DNA from: Hydrolagus colliei
Taxonomy: Eukaryota
Direction of reading: 5' to 3'
DNA: 64,000 nucleotides
NCBI GenBank assembly: GCA_035084275.1
Contig: CM068753.1
Span: forward strand, 5,890,001 to 5,954,000
Shown piece by piece: positions 1 to 12,755 of the stretch; within the stretch, counting starts at the first letter, position 1, and each line of letters starts with the position of its first letter. The position numbers and the translations under genes are program-made. The notes below the pieces were generated by a model. That model saw only the letters and a program-made list of their open reading frames with translations. It was not told where the DNA came from and made no database searches.

Positions 1-1272
1 AGATGCTTCCAACAAATCTAATAAGTAATTTTATTACTTACTGAGTCAAGCTTTATGCACACACTTGCTTGTTTCCATATGTTTTCCAGCATTCTGTCAT
101 GAAAGAAAGCCCTGAGTTCCAAGAAAGAAAATAATTTACAACTTCAACTGAAGTTGAGCATCACTGGGCACATGACATTTGTACAGGATCATTTGATATG
201 AATGCAAACCTGCATCATCATTCTATTGTTATCGAATAACATAGTTTAAACCCAACTTTAAATTTAAATGTTACACGGATAATTGAAGTACTTATTCAGT
301 GAGTAAGTCCCCTCTTAAAATCAGCTCTCCCAGATTCTTATCTACCAAAGCTTTGGCCGCCTCAACTGAAATGTGGTCTGAGGGCTGTGATGTGCAAATG
401 GCAGGATTTACAACCCTGATTATGTCTTTACCCAGTGTACCCATGCACACTTTCCATCAATGGTCACCAGTTAGTGATCAAGAATAGGAAATCAGCTCGA
501 TTGGGGTATCTCCTCCTCAGGTTAATTATAGCATCCCTACTGGCACCTCAGCTGCGATCAACTAATTCAAAACAACAAAAAATTACATTTGGATAGTGCC
601 TTTCACGTTGAGAGGAAGTCCAAAGGCCCTGGATAGTCAGTGTTTCGGACTCAAGCGGTGGGGGGTTGGGAACGAGGGGGCATCAAAGGCACAGGGAAAG
701 AGATGGGTTTTGAGATGGGTCTTGAAGGAGGCAAGGGGTGAAGCGGAGGTTCCTGTTCCCTCTACCCGTGTGTGTGTGTGTGCACGTCGAGCTCCACCGT
801 TGTTAAGTGGTCTGGGATGCTACACGGTGTGGACTGCCAAGATTCACACCTGAACAACAGCCACTTGGGCGGGTACCATAGGGCAATTGGTGCCCGAGGA
901 ACTCTGGGATAATAATAATAATCCTTACATTTGATATAGCACTTTTCAAGTCTTCTAGACATCCCAAAGCGCTTCACAGATTATACTGTAAAGTGAGTTG
1001 CAGCCCCAATGCTGCCCTGCGTGAGGGGCACTAAATAAATTGTTGTTGAATTGCACATCGAGGATGAGCTGTGCCAGACGAGAAGGCATAAAGCCATTTT
1101 AGAAAAAATAACACGAAAAAACAAAATAAAACCCCAGGGTTTGGTTTATAGCTCTCTCTAGCCCAGTGCCACTGAGGCCAAACACTAGTACATTCTCTTT
1201 TGTTTCCCATTTTCGTGGCGAAAGATCGACAGTTCAGCCTCCGAACACCAGCCCTCCCATCCTGACACGCAC

Positions 1273-1640
1273 CTTCAGCGGCTACACCCCCGAAATTCCC
1301 TCCCTCCACCTCTTCCCTTCCTTTTCCATCTTCAGGTCGCACCTCTTCGACTGCGCTTACAGTCACTTTTCCCCTCCCGCCCGGGCTCCGCCATTGTGAA
1401 GCGCTCTGAGACGCCGCCCGGTGTGGAAGTGGTAGTTAATCTGAAAACCATCCCCAGGCCGCGTTTCCTAGGTTACAGCAAATCCCCGCCGAAGGTTTGA
1501 TTCGAAATAGCCGATTCTCTAATGTTGCAACGGTTCGCTCGTCAAACAAAGTTAAACACACAACTAAACACAAACACACACACACACACACATATACACA
1601 TATAAAGGGGTGCTGTTTAAATCTAGTTTGTATTTTAGGA
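1273..1640. promoter_or_regulatory. CpG-rich promoter of TCTA, possibly bidirectional
   Basis: CpG-enriched; X-box-like GTTTCCTAGGTTAC 1463-1476; forkhead-like TCAAACA/TAAACA at 1542, 1553, 1565; TATAAA 1601-1606 upstream of the TCTA ATG. Confidence 0.55.
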
Positions 1641-1937
1641 AATGTATTTCTTTGAGAGGGGGTGGGGTGAACGTGGAGCTTTTTGTGGAAAGTGCGTGTC
1701 GGGGTGGGAGGGTTGGTGTTTGGAGACGAGCGGTTTTGGTTGCGAGGCCCTGTGGCGGCACTGAGCCAGAGACAAACACACAGAGGAGAGAGCGATGAAG
1801 CAAGGGCGCCCGGCCTCTCGGCTTTCTGTCACTGCAGAGATGAACAAATAACCTCGAGAGAAAGAGAGATAGGAGGGGGAGAGAGAGAAGAAAAAGAGGA
1901 GAGTAAAGTCCCAAGTTATGCTGCACTTGGAGCGGCC

Positions 1938-2148
1938 ATGGAGCTGCAGTGGGATTTAGGGATCACCTCGTTCCTCCTGGAGGGGGCCTTTGCTTTTTGC
2001 AGTGAGTTTGCCCAGGATTGGGACACCAATGACATGAGGGTGACTATCTTTAAAATCCTCCTGGGCTGGCTGGTTTGCAGCCTGGTGGCTATTTACGTTG
2101 CCTGGAAGTTTTATGGAGCCACAGTCAATGACATGTACTACAGACAAG
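1938..2148 (+). CDS. TCTA: T-cell leukemia translocation-altered protein, coding exon 1
   Basis: gccATGg Kozak context; MELQWDLG...SEFAQDWDTNDMRVTIFKILLGWLVCSLVAIYVAWKFYGATVNDMYYRQ resembles TCTA (human [29 protein letters not shown]...FYGNTV); donor G|GTGTGT. Confidence 0.93.
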
Positions 2149-2499
2149 GTGTGTGTGTGTGTTTGAAAGGTCACTCTTTTACAGTGACTTTATTAGTGTT
2201 CTCTTCCAATACTAGGGTTTTTAAATTAAGTTTTAAGCTTTTTGCAGAGGTTTAAAGCCAAGAATTGTAAATAAAGCAACAGATGGCATAAATGTTGTAC
2301 AGTAGAAAGGAAAAATTGCAGGTGCTGGTAAACGAGATAAAGCCAGAGAATGTCCTAGACGTTTTCAGCATCAATAGAGAAAGACAGACACAATACATTG
2401 CCTGCCTATGTTTTTCCTCTACCCACATTGTATCTCTTCTGAAGGATACATTCATCTCCTTTCATTCTGGGATATAGTTTTATGTCACTGGGTACCATG

Positions 2500-3110
2500 A
2501 ACAACAACAACAAATTACATTTGTATAGCATCTCCTGACCTTCAGTGTTTTGGAGTTGGGAATCAGGGAGGGTGGAAGGAAGGTGGGGGGGACGACTGAT
2601 GTTGAGGACGAGGATCTTAATTGACTGGCTTGGTGAGGTGGGGCGGCTCTTGCATGAGCCCATCAGGAGGACCTCAGTCTTGTTGATATTCAGAAATGTC
2701 CAACTGTAGGAAGTTAGCTCTCATCCAGGACTTGATGTTTGACAGCAGTGGTCCAAAAATCTAGGGTGGAGGCAGAAAGATACAGTTGGGTGTCATCCAC
2801 TTATGGAAGTTAGCCCCATGTCTGTAGATGATGTCTCCAAAGAGGAACATATAGATTTTGAAAAAGTAGAGAGCCAAGGATAGAGCCCTGGGTGACACCA
2901 CAAGTGACGGCCCTTCCCAACCACTCCCCTCTCAGCTCGGGTCACACGCCTCCTGTGCAGCGCCTTGGGACGGCCTCCCGACGTGAAAGGCGCTCTATAA
3001 ATGTAATGTGTTGTTGTTGTTGTAGTAGTAGTAGAAGAAGCGGTTGGTGGTGACAAAGTGGAGACTGGGGTAAAGGACCAGTACTTTACGTTGGAGGCCA
3101 TTATTCAATG
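2500..3110 (-). mobile_element. Decayed antisense L2 LINE fragments with a younger sense L2 3' tail nested at about 2911-3035
   Basis: L2 tail complement (acaacaaattacatttgtatagc) and RT-region remnant; nested tail ...gggacggcctcccgacgtgaaaggcgctctataaatgtaatgtg(ttg)n is nearly identical to 8975-9095. Confidence 0.7.
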
Positions 3111-6100
3111 AGCCTTGGTAGTGAGCATTGAAATCATTTGTGACAATACAAAATTACATTTGTAAAGCTTTCATATTTGGAGGACGTTCCAAGGTGCTGA
3201 ACAGTCAGGGATTACGACCAAGCCTGTGGGTGGGGTGGTGTGGTAGGTGATTTGGGATCAGGGAGGGTGGAGGGCAGATAGGGTAGAACTGCTAGAAACA
3301 TCAACTACTGCAACAATTTGCATTTATATAGCATCCTTCATGCGGTGCAGCATCTCGGAGCTCTTGCACATCAGAGTTAAGCCCAACCCTCTCACACTTG
3401 CACTTTACAACTGGTAGCTCTCTGAATACTGTTCAGCGAAGGTTGCTTGATTTTTGTTTTCTTTCTCCTGTCCCCCTTCCTACAAACTCGTACCTCCCCC
3501 TAACTTTACTGTTCCAATTGCTGCCCTGATTGAGATTAGCTAACTCAGCACTTATCAGGATTCAATTTTACAAACACCTGGTTGAATTAGTGCTACACAG
3601 GTTAGTGCCTTTAAAGTAAGCTACAGTACTTGGGTACAGTATTGTATTGCTGGGAGCACATTAAAAAGCTGCTTTAATTGTGACATGTATACAGTTTTAT
3701 TATAGTTTTAGAAAACAGATTTGGAATTGTTTTAAAATTTGATAGTTTTTTCTCCTCTAATTTTGTTTTCTTTACTAGAGACAATGCTGGGTGTATGACT
3801 TCACCTCCAGTATATTCCAAGTAACTTCTTCCTGATGGTTTTAGACATTGTGTCAGGCTATTTGATCAGGCGGAGAGGATGAGAGACACCACTTCAGAGC
3901 TGAGCCTAACTCTGGCCTGACATCTACACACAAGCACTATCTAGCAATGATCATTAGATAGCAGGAACGTGGCTGATTAGCTTATGTATGGTGAAGTTGT
4001 CTGGTCTGAGCTAACCAACCTATCTGGGATGCCATAACTGGGGCATCCTTCATGGTAACTTTCATTTCCTTGCTGATTTGGGAACAAGCAGTGCCTGTAT
4101 GGAGTAGCATGTGCATTTCGTTCGTGAATTTCAAACCTATTCTGTCGCTATTATCTTAGCTACATTGAATGTAAATATTGATAAAAGGGAGAACTGTTAA
4201 TGTTTTATTTGTAGCTGTTATCAGAGGAGACCATGAAGAGAAAAAGCATGCTAGGAGGATGGACTAGTCTTTAGAGTATATGTATTAATTGCTTTTGTGC
4301 CTTCTCTTTTATTGGCCTGATCTTGACCTAATTTTACCTGAAGATTTGTTTGTTCGATCATGCCTATTGTCACCTCTCCCCTGATGCCAGCTCAGAATCA
4401 AGCTCCACTACTGACTGTTAAGCCCTGCGAGACACTACTACGCTGAAAGGTTGTTATGAATACAAGTTGTTTTTGTTTTCTGAATTGCAAATAAACAAAG
4501 AAACACACATTGAAACTAGGAAATACACAATTATATTAATTATTTTATTGTTATTAAGTCCTTGGAGCATATTTCTAGGAGTGATAATGCGAGCAGTGAA
4601 TTATATTTTTGAGATACAGGGAAAAAGCAGGCAGATGGAATGGATTTTTAACATGGTAAAAGGGGAGTTAGCCGAATTAACTGAATTACAGTACTGTATT
4701 GCTTTGTTACTCAGCACAAAGTTTTATGCATGAAAATTTAACACTTTTGTGTGGTCCCATTGAGTAACTTCCTAATAGCTACACATAGGTATGTTTGTGA
4801 TCTCCTACTCCTCTGCCCACTCTCTGCCTATCCTCCATTCCACTGGCAGCTGCTTTGTCCCTCACACTGAACTCTCCTTAAACCCCTCCATCCTCCCTGC
4901 ATTCAGAATCAGTCTTAAAAACCTGATTCTTCAGCCACCTTCCCAACAATCCCTGCCCTCCTACCTCTCTCCACCCAAATCACACTTGCACTCAGCATTG
5001 GATATTCTACTACTGTACATGAAAGGTGCAATATAAGTGCAATTGTTGTGGTCGTGGTGCTGCCTTTGGCTCAATAGGTGAATATATTGTGTTGCCCAAT
5101 ATGATTCTGAGCAATACAGAACCTCAGGTTGATCCTGATCTGTCAAACTTGATCTCTTTGGTGGCACTGCAATTGCTCCACATATCTGTGGGCGCGTGGG
5201 GAAAATTCAGCCTGGATTGGGTTCTTGCTGCTGAATTTATTTTGTAATGGGTATCATAGTCTTTTCCAAATGCATGCTTTGCGTGTTTTACTATGAAGAA
5301 AAGCAGATATTGCAGGTTTTGTTAATTGGTGTGCTACCAAGAAATACAGCTACAAAACCAAAATAATTCCTGTGATGTTCAGGTTTACATGCAGCTTAAT
5401 AGAATTTTAAATAATTGAGTCAGATTCTAGTGCCTTGTATATTTCTTTCTGGATGGCTATGGTTATGATGACAACAACAATAACTTTGATTTATAAAGTG
5501 CCCACCACACCGGGCGGCATCTCAGAGCGCTGACAATATGTATTGCAGTAATGGATCAGTGCTTGCAATCAATAAATGTTCAAAAATTTGTATTTGTCCA
5601 AGAGCAATCTTTCTTGTGAATTGATATCGTAATATCTAACAGTAACTACTGTATAATAATTGTATTTGATATAATACTTTATTGCATTGAAATATCTCAT
5701 GAAATGCATCAAGTGTAGCGACTGTTAAGTTCTGATCCGTCAACAAGTTATGTACTTTCCAGCTGCACTGAAGTGTGCAATGTAGATTATTGATTAATTG
5801 GATTTTATATGATTTATACAAGTTTTCTTGTAACTCATACTTCACATAAGTCATATTAAATGTGATTGTCCTGACTTATATGACCTATGTGAGTTTTACT
5901 GTAATTCTGAGATAATAAGATTGTAATTCAGCCAAGCAAATTAAATGTCAATAGATGCAGCCCTTCAAATACTGAATCATTAACAAATGCCAGGCCAAAG
6001 GTATTTTTATAACAAAGCCAGACCAAAGGTATTTTTATAATGTATGCTGTGTAGTTATTATTTAACTCTTTAATCGATATGTGGTTGAAAATGGTGGAGG

Positions 6101-8073
6101 TAGCGCAATATAGAGTTGACGGAAAGCTAATTGCGACAGTTTCAAAAGGGATGTGGTATTGTAACTGCTACTATAGTCATTTTACGACCGCACGAGGAAG
6201 TTATCTATGCAGATGTTAAAGAACAACATAAACTGGATTGTTTTATGTCATTAGCACATGAAGTAGTTGAAATTATTTCATTGTTAGTTGCAGGACAGTA
6301 ACATACCATATTTTCACCTTTATTTTATCAGTATTGATGTAGTATCATTCCTGTACTTTCTTCACAAGCTTCAAATACTGCAGATTCTTTCTCCTTCCTG
6401 GATTCTTATAGTGTTGAAATTAAGACATATTGGAGTACTCTGGCCTCATTCTCTTCCACTGCTTCAGTTCTACTCACCCTTTGCAACAGTTAAATTGTTT
6501 TATTTAAAACGAATGCTTGTTATGAGTTAACAATTGCTATTTAATTGACTGCTTCCTGCCCATTATTTTGGCTGTGTTCTGCACTGTAGGATTTGGCATT
6601 CAATTAGATTTGTCAATTTGAGAAATGTAGTCTTGTAGGATCTTTTTGTATTGGTTCCTTATCAAACGTTCATTTGCTCACGTACATGAGAACCATTAGC
6701 TTTATGATGGTCGTTCAGATCAGTCTGTAAGTTGTACTCGCTCCCATTCTCTCCCTCACCTCATGGCTTACCATGTTTTTGTTTTAAATTCTATTTTTCA
6801 CATTTTCTATTTCACATTTGATTCATTCACTTTGTATGTCTCTTGTTTCAGCTGCTGCTGTATCTTGTCAGTTTCAGTTTTCGATTTAGTTGTCTGATTG
6901 AAGTTTAACATTGATCAATCGCAGTGACCTAATGGCAGTATGTTTATATTTACTTAGCCATACTGCATTTCCTGTAGCTTTCAGCTTTATTGTGTACCAA
7001 ACAATTGTGGTAAAATCTCAACATATCTACAGTTTGTTCACTATCCTCTAACACTCCATCTTTGTGTTTCAGTTCCAATCACATTTAGTTGTGTGATTGA
7101 ATTTATGACACTGACTTTTTTGGGGGCAGATTTTCAGAAAATCAATATTTTTTAATTTGCTTTTCAGCCTTTTAAGAGTTCATGTAATTTTGAGGAGAGA
7201 GCAATACTGATATGTAATCAATAATCTACATTGATTTTAGCAGAATTAATTACAGCACACATCACATAAAGCACTTTATAACTATAAGTTAGTAGAGTGA
7301 CTATACCCTTTTAATTTTAATTCACTTTCAGTGTGGTTATTTAGTAAAGTGTTTGTGTTTGGGTGCTTTCATTTGGGTTGAACTACAGCCAGTTCCTAAT
7401 ATAAGCACTGCTTTCTCCTTTATTTTAAATTCAACAATAACAACAAAATTATATTTATAGAGCGCCTTTCACATCGGGAGGACTTCCCAAGGCGCTGAAC
7501 AGTTAGGTCGGGACCTGAGCAAGGGGAGGGTTGGGGATAGGGGGAAGGAGAGTGGGAGAGGGGGGAGAGTTTGGAGGGGAGCAGAAGGCGTAATCGAATA
7601 GGAAGGTCTTGAGACTGGGTGCCTTGAAGGAAGAGAGGGAGGAAGGATCGCAAAATTCAGTTCAAGTTTGGAATTTGGTTAGTTTACCTCAGCTCTGATA
7701 GCCGAACTACAAACCAGAAATATTCCATGAGGTAGCTGATGTTGGTTGGCAACATGGATGCTAAATTTGTTTCAAATGGGTCAGATTTGGGAGAGTAATG
7801 TTTGGGGGATTCTTGCTTTGATTTGCATCCAGTAACCTCTGCTGTGGAGGTGTATGTATGAATTTTGCATGTGAATAAGATTGGGTTCAACTACAATTCT
7901 CACAGTCAAATAGATTGTTCACAATAGATTCAGAAAGGTCTAGTTTGCCACACCTGGCAGTGTGGCACCGTATCTCAGTAGAAGAAAATGGATCAATAAC
8001 ATGTACCTGTATATATATTGTATAATATAAATATACCTTTATATAGCTTATTGAATTTTCATTTATTTTACAG

Positions 8074-8128
8074 GTATTGGGGGTCAGAATGGTGGCACTC
8101 CAGATGGCTCTTCCAATTATACCAGTTG
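8074..8128 (+). CDS. TCTA: TCTA coding exon 2 (55 nt)
   Basis: ttttacag| acceptor, |gtaagt donor; encodes (G)IGGQNGGTPDGSSNYTS(W), matching TCTA LGGQNGSTPDGSTHFPSW; phase consistent. Confidence 0.93.
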
Positions 8129-8544
8129 GTAAGTTTAAAGAGCTTTTAGAAGTTTGCAGTAGACACAAAACTGATGTGATGGTGACTTTTGAATATCACT
8201 TTTTTTTTAGTAAGCAGAGTGTTTAACCTTGCACCATGCTTCCAAATCCAAATCAAACAGGGTTCCGTGAATCCCACTATGTTCATTAATCAGTGCAGTA
8301 CAACTTGAAGTTTATCTAATCATATTTAAGATCAGCGCTATTCACTTGTAACTTCTGTTCAATAACTCTTCAACACCTCAGCAAAATACTTAGCTCAAAT
8401 GAGGACTGGAGGTAATTTAGATTCTGTAGAAGGAATCACTAGAAACCGTCCTCTGTTTGTCCTCAATGTCCACACGTGTACTCGAAGTGTACACGAAGTG
8501 TACGCTCTGAGACACCATCCGGCATGGAGGGCACCAGTTCCTCC

Positions 8545-9100
8545 ATTCACAGGCTGCAGGTCATCCAAAACTCTGCAGCCCGTGTACTATCCCGCACCCG
8601 CCTCCGCGACCACATAACCCCCCACCCACGCCCGTCTCTACTGGCTCCCCATCCTCCAGAGGATCGAGTTCAAGATCCTCGTCCTCACCTACAAGGCCTT
8701 ACACGGCCTTGCCCCGCCCTATTTAACCAATCTACTCTCCCCCTACACGCCCACCCGGACCCTCCGTTCAACAGGACTTGGCCTGCTCCAAGCCCCCCGC
8801 CTGAACCGCCCCACCATCGGAGGCCGGGCCTTCAGTTTCTCCGCTCCCACCCTATGGAATGCCATCCCTCAATCCCTCCGTTTCGTTTCTTCCCTTTCCT
8901 CTTTCAAGGCTGATTTGAAGACTTTCCTCTTCGATCGTGCCTTTTGTTCCACCCCAAACTCTTTTACCTCCCCTTCCTTCCCAAACACTCCCCTCTCAGC
9001 TCGGGTCACACGCCTCCTGTGCAGCGCCTTGGGACGTCCTCCCGACGTGAAAGGCGCTCTATAAATGTAATTTGTTGTTGTTGTTTGTTGTTGTTATATA
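8545..9100 (+). mobile_element. L2 LINE 3' fragment (ORF2 C-terminus and tail)
   Basis: HRLQVIQNSAARVLSRTRLRDHITP followed by a frameshifted WLP-type motif typical of the L2 ORF2 end; (ttg)n tail. Confidence 0.85.
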
Positions 9101-10345
9101 AATCAATGTTGTTGTTGTGTACTTTACAATACTGGATGCATATCAGTAGTGGGAACAAAATTGCCCCCCTCCCCCATCTCTATAAATCAGGTGCACTGAA
9201 CCCAACAGGCTGAGATTAGCTGATGGCATGGATCAGGGATTGAATCTGATGTTCCTGGTCTATATGTCTCAGTAGTGAATCGTTGCAAATGCCTTTATCT
9301 ACTGATTTTCATCCTCGTCATTGGTTGTTAGTGATTTTATGAAGGTGGGGTTGTGTGATTCTTCCATTAATTTAAAAATGTTTACAACATTGGTAATCAC
9401 CACATGGGGAATGGCAAGTACAAGCATGCACTTCAATTTTTTTTAAGTCTGATAGATAGCAGATTGCTTTATTAAATCTATAGAGACAAATTTATCCTGT
9501 GGTGGGTGGAAAAGGATTTACCAGCAGTGCTCACAGAAATTATTCTCTCTTGCTCCAATGTGCTGCAATTCCCCATGCTGTTGTGTAACTGATTTGTCAC
9601 TGGTATGATGTGGTCTTATTACATGAGTGATATTGGGTGCAGTATTTTGAGCTTGTTTGCAGTCTGTTTTGCTCAGTGGTAGCCTCGTCCAGGGAAAGAT
9701 TGAATTATTTTGCTGGGTGAATGATGCACTGCCCAAGATAGAAGGGAAAAGCATAATATCCTGTCAAGTAACCCTTCAACACCTTAGAATTAGACCAGCA
9801 GCTAACTGGATTTGCATCCACTGCAAGTGGTACATGCAGCTACTGTACTTGGAAAATTGGATGGAGGTTAAGTTAATAACAAAGACCTGCTCTCTTGAAT
9901 TTATGGGTGCAATTTGATTGTTTAGGCCAACATAGCCAGATTGTCTAAACTGAACATTGAGGATGATTTTTTTTGGGGGGTTCTTGTATCCACTTTACAG
10001 TATGGTTTTATTCCACCTTGTTTCCTGTGGATACAATGCAATTTATGCTTATATATCACTTTCTCTTCAGGATGACATCTCAAAAGTACTTCACATAGCT
10101 GACTAAGAACGCTTGCTTGAATGGGGAGATGACTGAAAGCACATCATGGGGAGATGAAAGAGTTTAGCCTGGGGTGGGGGGAGGGCAAGCGGTGAGATGG
10201 AGGAATTCCGGGATGGAGTTCCAGAGACTAGGGAAATAGATGAATCTCGACGCCTGGGCAGATCGCATGGGGGAGATCGTAAGGGGCACGTGAAGCAGGC
10301 CAGTGCTCACTAAGCAGAGGAAGCAACTGGGATGTAGGAGGCTGT

Positions 10346-10790
10346 TTATTTTTCCACAAAGTTACCACCATGATTGCCATACTTGCCCCAATGTAGAACC
10401 AGTGCCATTACGGTAAAATGATGAGCATGTAGCCTTTCTACTTCCCTGGTGAAACACGGTTAACAGTTGTAGAACCCACCAAGCATAATCTTCAGAGTAA
10501 ACAAGATTATCAAGATTACACCATCTTTATGGCATGATGACCGAGACTGTCACTCAACTCCTGCTGAGTGATGTGTCAATCTTTGTTGATCAGGTCATCA
10601 ACTTTCTGTGTATTCTCTTCATTATCAGTTGTTACCGATCGCCCAATGCAAGACCTACCGTGAAATTTAGTTTCTCCACTTTTCGCGCATCAGCACATCA
10701 ACTTTCTTGCAATGGTGAATTTCAATTGGCAAAATCCCCTTTGAGAAATTCAATCTCTGCTTAGCACATGTAACAATGCTAGGCATCATT
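10346..10790 (-). mobile_element. Internally deleted, decayed mariner transposase
   Basis: Minus-strand peptides IEFL..ILPIEIH and GRSVTTDNEENTQKVDDLINKD*HITQQELSDSLG (mariner N-terminal HTH region) and ...ALVLHWGK...GGNFVEK* (mariner C-terminus), with stops and frameshifts. Confidence 0.7.
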
Positions 10791-11539
10791 TTGAACTAGG
10801 GTCATGTGCCTCAATCTGGTTAGAAGTAAAACATTTCACAGCAGTGGCTGGATATATGAAAGTATCTTGTGTATGTTTTTCATTACCGTACCTGATACCG
10901 TTCTTCACAAAATGAGACGCTTAGAAGACGTGATAAAAGCACTATATCAAATCCAAAGATTATTATTATTGTTATTATCAGTATCCCACAGAGTACTGTG
11001 TGGGGGAAAATCTATTCTGTGATATTCTTTTTAAAAAATGGACTGTCTTAAATTAGTTTTATTATCAAATCTACATGGCTTTCACAATGTCAATTGTGTT
11101 CCACTATTAGAAATAGAATTAAGGTTCCTTATGGGAATGACAGCAGACAACAAATGTACTACATACCTACATACTCAATACTGTTCCTATGGTTATCTGT
11201 TTGGTTAGCTGTTATTTGTTCAATTTATGGCGTGCAGCAAATATAAATCATCTAAAAATAGTTTCTAACATTTGGTTATAAAAGTTTTGGGTACCTTTTA
11301 CTTGAATCAGAAACATTTTAAGTAATAAGTAGAAATTCAAAATATATATCATATAGATTTTACTGAAGATCGCATTTCTTTGGTGGCTTTCCATACCAAA
11401 GTGCAATACTGTGTATCCTAGTCACCTAAAAGCTTAGAATTTTTTGGACATATTTGCAACATTTAACAAGTTTTCTGCAATATTATAAGAATATTCATTA
11501 ATACCGGCTCCTCTGCCCGCCACACCTTGCAGATTATTT

Positions 11540-12645
11540 CCTCTAATTCCCACTGCGAGGAGTTGCTGGATTTCCTCAAGTCCCACTCCCTCCGACACTT
11601 CAACTCCTACCCATCCCCTTCCACACCTTTGAAGCTGTCTTCCCACTCCTGTCAGCGCCACCATATCTACCATGAAGCTCATCACCTGCTCCCTGGACCC
11701 CATCCCCATCCCTCTCCTTACCTCCCAGCTTCATCTCCTTGCTCCACTACTCGCCGACATCGTCAACCTCTCCCTTTCATCCAGCACCATTCCCACCCCC
11801 CTCAGAACAGTCACTATCACCCTACTCTGAAGAAACCTTCCCTTGATGCATCACAGCTCTCCAACTACCGGCCCATCTCTACCCTCTCTTTTCTATCCAA
11901 GGTCCTTGAATGAGTCATTGGCTCCCAGGTTCACTCTTCCTCTTATCCCACTCCCTCCACGAGCCCCTCCAATCAGGCTTCCGTGCTACCCACTGCACGG
12001 AAACTGCTCTGGTCAAGGTCACCAATTATATCTTGACCATTTGTGACCAGGGCTCCTTCTGCCTCCTCGACTTATCCGCCATCTTCGACTCTGTGGACAA
12101 TTCAATCCTTCTCCATCGCCTCTCCTCGTACCTCAACCTTCAAGGTTCTCTCCTTGACTGGTTCAAGTTCTATCTTTCACACTGTCTCGACTTTGTGTCT
12201 GCCAACGGCTTTTCTTCCAGCCCCCGCACCATCTCATGCAGCGTTTCTGAGGGCTGTGACCTCGGTTCCCTTGCCCTCACTTTCGAGGCCAGGCTTGCCC
12301 CTTCCTACATCTCTGACCTGCTGACTCCCTACCAATCTGCTCGCCCCCTCCGTTCAGCAGTCTCCACTCTGCTCCATATCTCTCGCCCGACCCGCCTTAC
12401 CAATGGTGGCTGGGCTTTCATCCTCTCTGCCCCCACACTCTGGAACTCTATCCCATAGTCCCTTCACCTCACTTCCTCCCTTATCTCCTTCAAAGCCAGT
12501 TTCAAGACCCTCCTTTTCGATCATGCCTTTAGCTGCCCTCCCATCTCTCTCCCTCCTCCCCTACCCTGCCCCTCCTCCATGCCCAGCTCCCAACATGTAT
12601 CTTCAGCACCTTGGGAAGTCCTCCCTACGTGAAGGGGCTCTATAA
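11540..12645 (+). mobile_element. L2 LINE with partial RT domain, internally deleted
   Basis: LKKPSLDASQLSNYRPISTLSFLSKVLE, QSGFRATHCTETALVKV, LLDLSAIFDSVD (RT motifs), then jumps to LAPSYISDLL and the 3' tail; frameshifted. Confidence 0.9.
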
Positions 12646-12647
12646 AC

Positions 12648-12755
12648 GTTGACTCTTTTTCCTTTCTCCGTGGATGCTGTTTGACCTGCTGACTTTCCCC
12701 AGCAATTTTGGTTTTTGTTTCAGATTCCCAGCATCTGTGGTATTTTGTGTTTTCT
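12648..12755 (+). mobile_element. Short retroelement 3'-end fragment, Penelope-like
   Basis: gatgctgtttgacctgctgactttccccagcaattttggtttttgtttcagattcccagcatctg resembles a common chondrichthyan repeat end; family assignment from memory. Confidence 0.45.

Noticed and set aside
1683-2255. 190-aa ORF as a single-exon gene
   Set aside because: Only 1938-2148 is TCTA exon 1; the rest is 5'UTR and intron read-through
5872-5892. ...CCTATGTGA resembling the 3' end of miR-135
   Set aside because: The seed and 5' half do not match and it lies on the wrong arm
5981-6040. 28-29 bp two-copy tandem repeat
   Set aside because: Ordinary local slippage duplication; no spacers or array structure
7729-7750. 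TGAGGTAG let-7-like starts here and near 27038
   Set aside because: Only 8 nt match, with no let-7 3' half or hairpin; the 27038 hit is inside a CR1 fragment
11527-12458. RT-like ORFs as an active or domesticated reverse transcriptase
   Set aside because: Frameshifted and missing the catalytic YADD region; ordinary L2 debris
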